A DNA stretch of 64,000 nt from Octopus vulgaris (lineage: Eukaryota). Position 1 is the first letter of the stretch, and each line of letters opens with the position of its first letter. The notes below the pieces were generated by a model. The model was not told the origin of the DNA. It worked only from the letters and a program-made list of their open reading frames with translations, and searched no databases. The DNA lies in assembly GCA_951406725.2 (NCBI GenBank), contig OX597830.1, forward strand, positions 56,358,001 to 56,422,000, given 5' to 3'. This document shows, in pieces, positions 1 through 12,907 of the stretch. The translations under genes were made by a program, and so were the position numbers.

Positions 1-111
1 CAGATTTGACTGGGCCTGATGAAGCCTTCTGGCTTCACAGACCCCAGTAGAACCGTCCAACCCATGCTAGCATGGAAAACGGACGCTAAACGATGATGAT
101 GATGATGATGA
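1..111 (+). mobile_element. 3' end of SINE family A (RTE-type tail, (GAT)n end)
   Basis: ccgtccaacccatgctagcatggaaaacggacgctaaacgatgatg; more than 15 copies in the window. Confidence 0.85.
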
Positions 112-122
112 TATACACACAC

Positions 123-153
<31 letters not shown>

Positions 154-155
<2 letters not shown>

Positions 156-215
156 CCGGAGTAAACACATAAATGTGAAACAAGGTGGAAAAAAGAGTAC
201 TCAAATACCAGTGGT

Positions 216-218
<3 letters not shown>
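154..218 (-). mobile_element. 3' tail of Penelope-like pLTR family between TA tracts
   Basis: Reverse complement of 30220-30285, which follows a hammerhead motif. Confidence 0.6.
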
Positions 219-262
<44 letters not shown>

Positions 263-453
263 ACATACATACATATATATGTTGGACTTTACTCATAGGA
301 TATTGGAATATTGCATATATACCATTATGCCTAAAAAATGGATTTACAACTTTAATATCCATACATATCTTGCATCTATTTTCTTTCCTCCACCTCACTC
401 TCTATTTTGTATCACATCTAAACTAACTATAACTTAACCATCCTCTCACACCC

Positions 454-504
454 TCTCTGATGAAGGGAATATTATTAATTAATATCCTTGAAACAGCTGT
501 AAGA
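454..504 (+). ncRNA. Minimal type I hammerhead ribozyme, canonical core
   Basis: tct-CTGATGA(457-463)-stem II agggaatatta/taatatcctt-GAAA(490-493)-palindrome ACAGCTGT-GUA-aga; inside a pLTR-like fragment at about 280-575. Confidence 0.85.
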
Positions 505-882
505 CCTATCTATAAATGCTCTAATATCTACACAGCCTTGGTTTTTTTTATCTCATTACGGAAAAAATTCTTATATACGTGTGTATATATATATACATAT
601 ATATATATATATGTATGTATACATATATAACCTACTCACCACAACACAACTGAAATCCTAATACCAAGGTGCCATGTAAAAAGAATTAGTGTGGGTGCTG
701 CTTTCACATAAAAAATACCCAGTAAACTCTGTAAAGTGGTTAGCATTAGGAAGGGCATCCAGCTATAGAAACCAAGCCAAAACAGAATATGGAACCTGGT
801 GTGACCCCTGGCCACACCAGTTCCTGTCAAGCAGTCCAACCCATGCCAGCATGTTAAACACTGACAATATATACATACATAC

Positions 883-941
883 CATGCAGGGATTTCACAA
901 GAGGCAAATCAACCAATTAACTCGCACATTACACGTACAAT
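883..941 (-). other. Candidate 5'-UTR exon ending in the start codon (ATG|GTATGT)
   Basis: Acceptor ttttactgttccacttacag, 59-nt exon with stops in all three frames, ends ATG followed by donor gtatgt. Confidence 0.45.
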
Positions 942-2342
942 CTGTAAGTGGAACAGTAAAAATATGCAAGACTTTCCTCAAGTTTAACATGCGACATTGT
1001 TTTTGCTATCTCCATTCCATGATGGAGATTTGCATCGTTGTTAATACCAGCTCCTTCTTCAGAGGAAAAATTTAAATAATGGCATTAGGAAGGGCACGCA
1101 GCTGTAGAAACTGTGCCAAAACAGAGAACAGACATTAAATGATGATGATGATGGAAAACGGAAGAGAATGTACATGCACACATGTACATAAGATATAGAC
1201 ATACATACATACATACATACATACAAAGTGGCATATACATTTACCCATTATTTAAACACTAAGCCATGCTCTTCAGCCGAGAAAAAAAATGAAGGACTAT
1301 CTTTTCTCAGCTGAAGGTGAAGGGTAGTGATTTTGAATAGTAAATGTATGTAATATATTGCCAACAAATATAACAATCATTAACCAAAACCTAAATGAAT
1401 AGTGGGTAATTAGATATGCTACACTTAGTATATAAATATACTCTTTCATTCCTTTGTTTCAGCCGGCTGACAGTGACCATGCTGGGGCATCAAATTGAAG
1501 GGAATAGACAAATGAACAGGATGGTCTCAAATTTCATTTTCACTCTTACAAAAGCTCGTACTGCATAGTTTTAAATTGTTAATTTAAAACTACTTTTCTT
1601 AGTTCTATGGCTAATTGTGTTTTACTTGAAATCAAATTGTATAGTTAACAATTTGAAAAACTATCATCACATTACACACATACATATATGCATAAATAAA
1701 ATGTATAATGTGAAAAAAAATATATATATGATATAATCATGGTCAAAAGTTTAGAACATATGTCTGAAAATTAGAATATTTATATTAAATGCCCTAGTAT
1801 ATACATTGTGTATATTTAAATCAAATTATACTTGGGCATAACAATTTTCATTTTTAAAAAAATGCTCTAATCTTTTGGCCACAACTGCATATAATACACA
1901 CACACACATATATATATATAATATATGTATGTGTGTTTTCTGTTATCAATTCGAACACAACCACCAACAGCAACAATAAGGAAGTAGATAAGCAAATCCA
2001 TTTCAAATAAGAACAATGTGGTATCTTAATGCAATTGAAAAAGTTGAACAAAGTGACTCTGAACTTAGGTCTATGAGGACTGACTTGTGACTATACAGCC
2101 ACCAACCATGCAGTTAAACAGAACAATACAACCACTACTCCAACAACACCCACCCACCCACCATCACTAATATCTAAACCAATGCAACCCACATCACCCC
2201 CACTACCAACTCACCTACTTTTGAATCCATCTGGCTACAGCAGATATCAACATGTACACTAACATGTCTATGTGTTTGAAGTGCAAGAGGCAATTAGGCT
2301 ACAAAATCTGATGAAACTTCAGCTAACTGTAATCATATAGTG

Positions 2343-3215
2343 CCGTAAATCCTCGAGTATAATCCGCATTTTTTCCCCAAAATTTAAAGGTTAAAATCCC
2401 TAGTGCATACTATATATGAGGTTAAAAATGAAAAATATTTTCTAAGCAATGTTCAAGTCTATTTGCTGTCTGGCAATGTTTATTCAGACACATTTTGTGA
2501 TGTCGGGCATGAAAATGCCTTAAGCTAAGCCTGAAAGCAATGAAGTCATAAAAGAATCATCCATAACTTGCAGTAAGCAACATTTATTAAACGTTATTAC
2601 TGTTATTTCTTTATTTTCTGCAAACAAAATGCACAAAAAAGCTACACGTTTGCATTATCTTTATATATATAAACGGCAAAATGTCTGTGTGTGTGTCCTT
2701 TATACAAATCCACAATTTTTCAGTTAGAGGGCTCGCACTTTCTATGGTCATTCAAAACCGTCCAAGGGTGGTTGTGCACATCTTTACATTTCCCCAGTCA
2801 CCCCGCAAAGCCATTAAAAATCAATAGAAGTTACATTTTTGTGAATTTTCAATCCAAAACCTAATCAAAATGCCTGAAACTTGATACGCCAATTGAATGC
2901 CAGCTAGCTGTATGTGATTGGTTGGAGATTTGGACAGTACTCACATGTATGTGCACACACACGCAGCTGTATATGCATGCAAGAGCTCTATGATCCGGTG
3001 TTGCCAGGTCATAGTGCTAGTATTATATATACAATAATAATAAAGGACGTTACCGTATATATTTTTACAAACCAAGGACGTTATATAGACCTCCTTGACT
3101 CAAGTTAGAAAAGGGGTGTGTATTATACACAAGGTTTAGGTTTTTCAGAGGTATAGCCTCCTAAAAATCCCCTGCGTATTATACACAAGGGCGGACTATA
3201 CTCGAGGATTTACGG
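2343..3215. mobile_element. Non-autonomous pogo/Tigger-type DNA transposon
   Basis: TIRs ccgtaaatcctcgagtataatccgc / gcggactatactcgaggatttacgg, flanked by TG and TA. Confidence 0.85.
2658..3020 (+). mobile_element. Non-autonomous Helitron nested in the pogo-type element
   Basis: 5' TC(TTTATATA), 3' CTAG, subterminal GC-rich hairpin, inserted between A and T. Confidence 0.75.
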
Positions 3216-3399
3216 TAGTTTCTCCTCTTTGGTTCTCTACCTTTTCATTTCATTTTCATTATTGTGTCAATATGAAGAAAACAATTTTCCACTCTCGCAA
3301 ATCAGAGATCTTTCTTGAGCTGATTTTTAAAATGATATATTTGTTGTGGATAATTAATTGCTGCAACTGTTGGATTGGTCTTCACCTTAAGATTGTCTG

Positions 3400-4790
3400 G
3401 CAAGGAGCTATCAAGTACACCTGAAGGCAGTAGTGCAAAAAGGAACCGAAAAGGGATTACACTGGATATTAAGCTCGATGTTTTTAAAAGACTTGATACA
3501 GAAATAAAACTAAGTTATATTGCAAAGACATTAAATCTCGCAACATCTACAGAAAGAACAATACATGACAACAGAGAGAAAATCATATCAATTGCTTAAA
3601 AAGCTACTCCATTAATTGTCCAGACCTTATTTTCCTATGGATCTAATGTAATGCTTATAATGAAATGACTTGAGTGTATGGATTGAACATCAGAATTGGC
3701 ATAATGTGCTGATAAACAAGATGGTATTTCAAAACAACAGCCAAAAATTCCAAGTTACAGAAAAAGGAAGGTGAAATCTCTAACAAGAAGCCCTTTTTGG
3801 CTAGTAAATGCCAGTTTGAAAGGTTTCGTAAGTGCATAAATTTGCACAACATAAAAATGACTGGTGAAACTGCGAGCAATGATACAGAGGATGCTACAAA
3901 TTATCCTGAGCAGTTGAAGAAAATAATTTCTGAAGTGGGTTACACACCAGAACAAGTGTATGATGTTGGTGAAATCATACTTCTCTGGAAGCTCATGTTT
4001 GCTAGAACATTTATTTCTGCAGGAAAAAATCCAACACCTTGATCACAAGCTTCCAAAAGTAATCAGGGAGGAAGTGTTGTTAGTGATATGAAATTAAGTG
4101 CTTACATGTGTATCACACAGTAAAAATTCAGGAGCTTTCAAGGGTTACACAAAGCTTAATCTAAATCTGATTTGACATTCAGGAAACAAAGCATCTTTTG
4201 TCCTGCCATAGAAAAGTACAGTGTCACAATATTTCCAACAAAGCATTGCTTTCAGGCAAAGCACCGAGTCACCCAGTGAACTTAGATGACTTTCTGATAA
4301 TGTGAAAGTAGAATATATCCCCAAGATAGAACTTCTTTGCTCCAGGTGTGATAGCCAATTTCAAGACATAAGCAACAAACAGGGAAGGTAAACCTAGAGC
4401 TAGAAATTTTTGGAAGAAATTCAACATAATGCTTGGAAAAGTATATGGCCAAACTGTATCCGTGACATCAAATTTGAAAAGATATTGTGACACTTTCAAA
4501 GGATGTAGGATTTGAAGAAGACAAGAGGATGGTGTGATTGAGTTGCTAGTGTCCCAGAAAGAAAGTTTATCGAACAAGGAGCAGAAAAAGAACAAGCTGA
4601 GAATACAGATGCACCACTTAAATTGCCAACAAAAATTATTACTAAAGGGTTAGCACTTATAGAAGGTCTGCCAGTTTTTGCTGATAATGATCACAATTGT
4701 AAACATAACATAAAAATTACAAGAGGCGTTATGAGCTTAGTTCCTATATCGAGCTGTACAAAGAGATGGTACTTCATAAACAACAATCAA
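3400..4790 (+). pseudogene. Decayed Tigger/pogo (TIGD1-like) transposase
   Basis: [27 protein letters not shown]...[11 protein letters not shown]; LHNIKMTGETASND...GYTPEQVYDVGE; many stops and frameshifts. Confidence 0.85.
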
Positions 4791-4796
4791 CTTTGG

Positions 4797-4950
4797 ATGA
4801 ATTCTTCACTTGAGCTGATATTCATAATAATGAACTATAAGATAGTAAATACTGTCTCACATCCCCCTAGTAGATGAATTCTTCACTTGAGCTGATGTTC
4901 ATAATAATGAACAACAAGATAGTAAATACTGTCTCACATCCCCCTAGTAG
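4797..4950. repeat. 77-bp tandem duplication (2 copies)
   Basis: gatgaattcttcacttgagctgat...catccccctagta repeated directly. Confidence 0.9.
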
Positions 4951-5054
4951 CGTTCATTCCACCACAATCCTTCACCAAATAGCCAACATCTTTAGTGATA
5001 AGAATATATTCTTACAATATTACAATTCTCTTTAATTCCCTAATGTGAAGTGAA

Positions 5055-5392
5055 GACCCCCTTCAGTCACGAATGACTATAGGATTACACCTAGAAAGTT
5101 CCCCTCCAAGGCACAAATCCAGGCAAGGTTGTTTACGGAAGACCAGCAGTTTCCCACACATACCAGCCTCCCCTCTCCATGCCACTAGTGTTATCCAAGG
5201 GAAAGGCAAAAGGGGCTGATACAGCTTGGCACCAGTAATGCTGCAACTCATTTCTACAGCTGAGTGGACTGGAGCAACATGAAATAAAGTTATCTTGCTG
5301 AAGAACACAACACACCGCCCAGTCTGAGAATTGAACTCACTACCTCACGATTGTGAGCCCTGAAGCTCTTACCACTGAGCCATGCGCCTTCC
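5055..5392 (-). mobile_element. tRNA-derived SINE (family E)
   Basis: Head with A box tggctcagtgg and B box gagttcaattc; body shared with 15735-15865. Confidence 0.75.
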
Positions 5393-6900
5393 TTAATTTA
5401 TTCCTCTTAAAATGTTTTTTGTGTTTTTATGTATCAGTATTGTACCATATAGGTTTAGAAATTGTTATTTTCATGTATAAAGGTGATCACATAGCTTGTT
5501 TCCTGTTGTTTTCATGAGTTACCCTTTTTTTTCTGAAGAGTTTGTAGGAATGCAATCTCACTTGATCATATGCAAATCAGTAGGAAAATTAATTTGGCAT
5601 TATGGAATTTCACATTATGGCCAGATTTTCAGGATAACATTATTACTTCCATAAAGCAAGGGATTCCTGTGCATACTTTTAAGCCTGGCACCCCATTCTA
5701 TCAATTTTGCTTTTGTCAAATCAATAAAATTAAGACAAAGACAAATACCAGTTGTCAAGTAATGTAAGGACATACACATATAATGGGCTTCAACACAGTT
5801 TCCAGTCATCAAACTCACCTATAAGGCATTGGCTGGCTTAAGGTTAATGTAGAATGCCACCCAGTAAGGACCAAATGCAAACCATGGAAACTACAAAGGG
5901 AACTACATAATACACAATGATGTCTGCAGATATATGTGTATATATGTGTGTGTATGTTGCCTTGTCTTGATATCATGTGCTACCAAATTAGAAGATAACG
6001 CTTGTTTGCAATATTCTGTTAAGTTGTGCCTAGTCATTGTGCTGTTCATGATTGAAAGACTAAGGGAGATATTACCATACTTGGAAACAAGTAAGGGCTG
6101 ACAATAGGAAGAGCATCCAGCCACAGAAAATGTACCTCAGAAATTTTGTCTGACGCATTCAAGTAGAGAAAATCATCATTATTGCCCTCTATTTCCCATG
6201 CTGAAATGATTTGGATCGTTTGATAGGAGTTGGCAAGCCAGAGGATTGAACCTACACTCTACTATCTGCTTTGGCATGGTCTCTATGGTTTGATGTTCTT
6301 CCTAACACCAACCATTTTACAGAGTGCTCTGCATGCATTTTATGCAACATTGGTACTAGTGATGTCACCAAGTAACTCACCTGAGTAGGGAGCAGTATTG
6401 AGGAAGATGGCTAAGTGCCAGGTGATAAGAGGTTAAAGTATGGTGGAATGCATATTAAAATAATGGTGATCTGTATGTAGCTATATATATATATATATAT
6501 ATATATATTGCTTTTCTTTTGTCTTGCATGATTACATTCTGGTTTTTGCTAAACTTTTCTTGAGAACATTTCTTAGTGGTAAGACCACTAAGCAGATCTA
6601 CTTCTAGCATAAGGGCTGTCCACATAGTGGTCATCCCTCTCATATGTATGTATGTATGTGTATATATATATATATATATATAAAGTTAAGATCCAAGAAT
6701 CAACGTATAGGAAGTTGGTAAGTTTCAAGCAGTTCAAAGAACGTATAAAAAAACAACTTTCAGGAACAATAGTGGTTTACTGACATAGAAAGTTGTAAAT
6801 ATTTTCTCATCGAAGTACAATAACCTGAAAAAGGTTATTTTAGAATTCCTGTGTGTGCAAATAAGAATCCAAATTTAGGGAACGGAGTAGGTAAAATCCA

Positions 6901-6983
6901 AGCTACCTAGGTTTCCTAGCTAGCAGAACCATGGAAATAATGATTACTCTATGAAGGATACTCCACTATTTACTCATCAGGCC
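6901..6983 (-). ncRNA. Type I hammerhead motif with long stem II
   Basis: ggc-CTGATGA-58 nt with tagtgga/tctgcta pairing-GAAA-palindrome ACCTAGGT-GUA-gct; 10.1-11.1 pair mismatched. Confidence 0.7.
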
Positions 6984-7146
6984 AAAGATACCTTTGTCAA
7001 ATAAAGGTTACATGGCTGTCAAGGGATCTCTTGTTAACTCGCAAGAGATTTTACACACACACACACACACACACTATCTATCTATCTATATATGATAGAT
7101 CGTTAGCCACTACACACATTTTTTTCTCTCTTGTTTTTTTGTGTCC

Positions 7147-7182
7147 CTTTCTGTAGAAGAGCGTAGGCTTGAAACGTAAAAG
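7147..7182 (+). ncRNA. Hammerhead-like motif, variant core CUGUAGA
   Basis: cttt-CTGTAGA-a-gagc gtag gctt-GAAA-CG-UA-aaag; pLTR fragment 7090-7275, second copy at 43522-43710. Confidence 0.6.
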
Positions 7183-7272
7183 ACTTTTTCTATTCCTGAG
7201 CGTTATACTAATACATCCGTTTGTTTTGTACACCACCTGTCTTCGTCTTTTGTTTTTTTTCATAAACTCTCC

Positions 7273-7315
<43 letters not shown>

Positions 7316-7959
7316 TCACATATGCATATATTTTTCTGTTCTTTTGCTTGTTTAAGTTATAAGACTATAGCATATGACCATGATGGAATACATTCTTCAA
7401 AGGTTTTTAGTTGACCATATCAACCTCAGGTCAGATTTTAGTACTTATTTTATTGATCTCTATGTATTGAACCACAATTTCTAAATGCTTTCTCCAGCAG
7501 AGCTGACCAGAACTACCAAACAGCAACAGTATAGTCTTTACACTTTATTTTCTCTCTCTCTCTCTCTGTTTACATAAAGATGGTCTCTTATTCAAGATAT
7601 TTAATTCCTAATACTTGATCATAAATATGTGAGGGAAGAGCTGACCAGTGGCTAAATTGCAACAGCATCATCACTTGTAAATCTTCATCTCTTAAACATT
7701 TTACTCAACCTGACACCTAAGTTATGTATCCAATAAAATCCATGTTGAACCACCACAACAGTCTTTCTCACATCTTTTAGGACAACACCTAGAGAGAGGG
7801 GAGCCACCCACTCCAGGCACATAGATTATAGTTGATAACTTAATGACCCCCACCCCCGATTCCACAAAACAAAAAAAAAATTAGAAGAAATATCATGGTT
7901 TGAATACATGCCTCGTCTTCTGTCTATAACAAAGAGCATGTACACATCTATAAACATAC

Positions 7960-8365
7960 ATGGCTGAGTGATAAGAAGCTTGCTTCCCAAACACATGATT
8001 TCAGGTTCAGTCACACTGCATGGCACCTTGTGCAAGTGTCTTCTACTATAGCCTCAGGCCGCTGAAAATCTTGTGAGTAGGTTTGGTAGGCGGAAACTCA
8101 AAGAGGCCAGTCATATATATATATATATATGTGTGTGTGTGTTGTGTATGTATTTATGTGTGTGTCTATGTTTTTCCCCCACCACCATCGCTTGACAACT
8201 GATGTTAGTGTATTTATGTCCCAGTAACTTAGTGGTTCAGCAAAAGAGACCAATAGAATAAGTAATAAGCTTACAAAGACTAAGTCCTAGGGTTGATTTC
8301 TACAACTAAAAAACCCTTTAAAGGTGGTACTCCAGCATGGCCACAGTCAAAATGACTAAAAGAAG
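7960..8365 (+). mobile_element. tRNA-derived SINE family B with internal TA/TG microsatellite
   Basis: Matches full-length copies at 21651 and 26182. Confidence 0.8.
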
Positions 8366-8640
8366 AATATATATATATATATATATAGGCAATGAGCAGA
8401 AAAGGGAGACATTATGAAAGGGACAGTTTCAAAAGTTGTATTAGTTTAATACTTAAACGAAAAAAAATGAATCATGTTTCAGATGCTAGTCTTCCATCAG
8501 AAAAAAAAAAAATAGGGAAAAAATATAGAGGTGATGGGAAAGAAGAAAAAAGGGCCAGGTGAGAATGGAGTTCTATGGGAGAAGTTAGGAAAAGGTAGAG
8601 AAGGTAGGGTGGAAAGAGCATGTACAAGAGAATATTTGTG

Positions 8641-8882
8641 TGGTGGCACGTAAAAAGTACCATCCGATCGTGGCCGTTTGCCAGCCTGGTCTGGCACCTG
8701 TGCCGGTGGCATGTAAAAAGCACCTACTACACTCATGGAGTGGTTGGCGTTAGGAAGGGCATCCAGCCATAGAAACATTGCCAGATCAGACTGGGCCTAG
8801 TGCAGCCTTCTGGCTTCCCAGACCCCAGTTGCACCGTCCAACCCATGCCAGCATGGAAAGCGGACACTAAACGATGATGATG
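8641..8882 (+). mobile_element. SINE family A
   Basis: Consensus body plus (GAT)n tail. Confidence 0.85.
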
Positions 8883-9564
8883 AGATGGGCACAGATGGAA
8901 GGGTGTTTATGGTGGTGGTGTGGGGTGCATCTGGTTTCTTGGGGGGGGGGGGGTATAGGTGTGTTGATATTTGCAAGTGTGGGAGTGTAGTGGTGTGGGA
9001 AGATGATACCCAGAGTGATCAAGTGATCACATTGTATGTGAAGTAAGATGTGGGAGGAGGTAAAATGGAAGGTAAGGAAGTGCACAAAGGAAAACAACAT
9101 AAATAGTAAAAAATAAGTAAATATGTAAAACATTGAAAAAAAATATACAAAATTATATAAAAGAATGGTTAAGTAATAACATTGGCAAAAAGTCAGGAGG
9201 TTATGTAAGAGGTACAATTTCCAAATAAAAACAAAAGTGGGAAACAGCAGGGGAAAGAATTTGCGGTTAAACACTGTAAAAAAACTCCCAATTCCTATAT
9301 ATATATAAAGGAAAGAAAAAAATGGAAAAGCAAAAGTGAAGGTAAGTTTCTGAAAAGGATTTTTGAAAACATGTTACACAAATGCAGATAGTTCAGAAGT
9401 CCAGTGGTAGGTTCCAGAGATGAAAAACGCAGCAAAGTGCAACTCCAGTAGTGAAATCCAGGGATGAAAAAAGCAGCTGAGCAATGTAGAGATGAGTCTA
9501 AAAATCCAGAGGCAAATTCTGAGGTGAAACAGACAACAAAGTGGTAATTCCAATGGTGAAATCT

Positions 9565-9632
<68 letters not shown>

Positions 9633-9634
<2 letters not shown>

Positions 9635-10280
9635 ATCATCATCATCGTTTAACATCCGTTTTCCATGCTAGCATGAGTTGGACGGTTCAGCTGGGGTCTG
9701 GGAAGCCAGAAGGCTGCACCAGGTCCAGTCTGATCTGGCAATGTTTCTACGGCTGGATGCCCTTCCGAACGCCAACCACTCCGTGAGTGTAGTGGGTGCT
9801 TTTTACGTTCCACCGGCACAGGTGCCAGATGAGGCTGGCAAACGGCCACGATTGGATGGTGCTCTTTATGTGCCACTGGCACGGGGGCCAGGCGAGGCTG
9901 GCAAACAGCCACGATCGGATGGTGCTTTTTATGTGCCACCGGCACGGGGGCCAGGCGAGGCTGGCAAACGGCCACGATCGGATGGTGCTCTTTATGTGCC
10001 ACTGGCACGGGGGCCAGGCGAGGCTGGCAAACAGCCACGATCGGATGGTGCTCTTTATGTGCCACTGGCACGGGGGCCAGGCGAGGCTGGCAAACAGCCA
10101 CGATCGGATGGTGCTTTTTATGTGCCACCGGCACGGGGGCCAGGCGAGGCTGGCAAACGGCCACGATCGGATGGTGCTTTTTATGTGCCACCGGCACGGG
10201 GGCCAGGCGAGGTTGGCAATGGACACAATCGGATGATTCTCTTATGTGCCACCAGCACTGGTATCTTAGCTACAATTTCC
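9633..10280 (-). mobile_element. SINE family A with internal 63-bp minisatellite (about 7.4 units, 9795-10260)
   Basis: ggtgc starts at 9795, 9858, 9921, 9984, 10047, 10110, 10173. Confidence 0.9.
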
Positions 10281-10317
10281 ATTGATGTTGAAAGATTTCG
10301 ATTATATATATATATAT

Positions 10318-10533
10318 TTCTTTACTACCCACAAGGGGCTAAACACAGAGGGGACAAACGGATTAAGTCAATTACATCGACCCCAGAGCTTAACTGGTAC
10401 TTAACTTATCGACTCCGAAAGGATGAAAGGCAAAGTCGACCTTGGTGGAATTTGAACTCAGGACGTAACGACAGACGAAATACCGCTAAGCATTTCGTCC
10501 AGCATACTAACGTTTTTGCCAGCTCGCTGCCTT
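10318..10533 (-). mobile_element. SINE family C (Nin-domain-like)
   Basis: ccgaaaggatgaaaggcaaagtcgacc core; many copies in the window. Confidence 0.85.
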
Positions 10534-10545
10534 CACATATATACA

Positions 10546-10865
10546 TATCATCATCATTGCTTAACGTCCGTTTTCCATGCTGGCATTGGTTGGACGGTTT
10601 GACTTGGGACTGGCAAGCCAGGAGGCTGAACCAGGCTCCAATCTGATCTAGCAAGGTTTCTATAGCTGGATGCCCTTCCTAAAGCCAACCACTCCAAGTG
10701 TGTAGTGGATGCGTTTCACATGCTACTGGCACAGGAGCCATTCAGGTGGCACTGGCATTGGCTATGTTCAGATGGTGCTTTTTTACGTGCTATTGGCACA
10801 GGAGCCTATCAGGGCGGGGGGGGGGGGTGCTGGCATCGACTACATTCGGATGGTGTTTTTTACTT
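10546..10865 (-). mobile_element. SINE family A
   Basis: (CAT)n start plus consensus body. Confidence 0.8.
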
Positions 10866-11195
10866 AAGCAAGCATTCATGGTTATATGGTTAAGGAGTAT
10901 AGTGCACAACCACTATGCAGCACCTTGGGTAAGAGCCTTCTTTTATAGACTTGGGTTACTCAGTGGAATGTGAGTGAATTTGGTAGATGAAAACTACAGG
11001 AAGCCTGTTTTATATGCAGTGGAATTGTATCGGTGATATCTACAAATAAACACATACATGTATATACTTAGACAAAAACATAGCCCAAAACAATAATAGA
11101 AAATACTCAAGCTGCCGTGCAGTAGGACTGAACCCAAAACCATGTGGTTGGAAAGCAAGTTTCTTGGCCACACATACACACATATAAAACTTACA

Positions 11196-11236
<41 letters not shown>

Positions 11237-12372
11237 TGTGGTGTGAGAGTAAAGAGAACCACAAAAAGCAAAAAAAAGAGGACGTGAGCAGTGGAGGAAT
11301 ACGTCAACAGAATTGTCAGCATTAATATTTTATTCAGAACAAAAAACTTGAGAAATTTAAACGGTTTGTATGTAGCCGGTAGTGTGTGTGCACGCCCATT
11401 CATGTACACCGTGTGTTTTGTCATCGAAGGATTATAATCGTTTATTAAAATGGGTGTGGGAAAAATACAGGAAAATACTTCAACCTATTCTTGTTGCTTT
11501 ATTTATTCATTCAATCGAAACTTGACAAACTGAGACGATAATCGAGGGGTGGAGGATTCGAACACAAACCATTCAATTTCAGTAATTCAGACTAAAATCC
11601 TCTTCTCGTTAATATGTGTGTGTGTGTGTGTGTGTGTCGCACATACCTGGACGTAACCCGGTAATATTCATAAACGAAGCAGTGCCAAACGCGAATCGAA
11701 ACCAAGTTGTACGGTTTTCGAATTCACTCACGATGAAAGGCACGCACTTATACTCAAGAAAGAATGAGAAATCGTAGTTTAATCTAAGTTATTCATAATT
11801 GATATATCGATCTGTCATTCTCATATCTATCTATCTATTTATGTGTATGCTGTTATATTCGGGTATGGTCATCCCCAAATATAAGTGTTTCAACACCCAG
11901 CTTCACATCAAGAATCTTGCAAAACAAATAGATAAACGTATATATATATATATCTGAAAGATAGGGTAACTTGTACGTAATTATATCGTACGTTAATTAT
12001 ATACACATAAACCACACAGGTGAACGAGCGTGTGTACCTGTGTCTCTCTCTCACTCACACACACATATATTACTACTATATCATCTGATTGTGATAGATC
12101 TCTCATGCGAAACTTTCTCTCCCCACCTTTTATTTAAAATTTTTTTTTTTTCTTAGTCGGCATTGCCATGACCCCTTTTATGGTCTCTGACACTGGTAGC
12201 AGAAAGGGATGGAGTTATCCTCAAATCCGAGGCCTGGTCCCCCAAATGTTTATAATAAAGAACACTCCGCTAACGGGTGCCAGGTGGTAGCATTAAACCG
12301 GATACTGGGTTAAAAATTAATACACGCAATAAATTTACTATCAATTATCATTTACTCCGACATATTTCTTAC

Positions 12373-12375
12373 CAT
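12373..12375 (-). CDS. Candidate ATG-only coding end of a first exon (ATG|GTAAGA)
   Basis: Minus strand reads ...acagaatATG gtaagaaat; phase 0. Confidence 0.3.
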
Positions 12376-12859
12376 ATTCTGTTACCGAAAACAAAGCGAT
12401 CAAAGAATTACGAATATATAAATAAAAATACATATGTATTTTTTAATAGGTGTCATAATGGTTCGTTTATGATTATACCCCGATTTTTGTATAATTAATT
12501 AGACACACACTAGCATGACCATAACACTTTTGTGTGCGTGTGTTACACACACAATGTTTTAACAGTAGTACGACAGTCACAAAGAAAGTTCCATGCAGTT
12601 CTTCGAGGAGAGAACATTAACCAAATTTCCAACTATTCAGGAAATAGTCGATATGTGGAATGAATTTGATGAGGTGTATGAGAGTATAAGTGTGTGTGTG
12701 TATATATATATCTTCGTGTGTGTGAGAGAGAGAAAAAGAGAATGTGAATGCATGTGTAAACAAATATCTTACGAGTATTGTAATATATAGTGGTTGTCGG
12801 AAACGGAACCAACTGCAAGTTCGGTGCGATGTGAATGTACTGGAAGCTATACTTTAGGC

Positions 12860-12907
<48 letters not shown>

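Noticed and set aside
14-40. CTGATGA followed by the hairpin agcc-ttct-ggct
   Set aside because: No GAAA follows; it is a mutated SINE A segment (cctggtgcagcc).
2215-2326. Minus-strand exon-like segment MDSKV|GTGAGT
   Set aside because: Good donor but ambiguous acceptor, and phase 1, unlike the other candidates.
8468-8503. Minus-strand hammerhead remnant CTGATGG...GAAACATGA
   Set aside because: Two core changes; counted only as a decayed relic, not listed as a feature.
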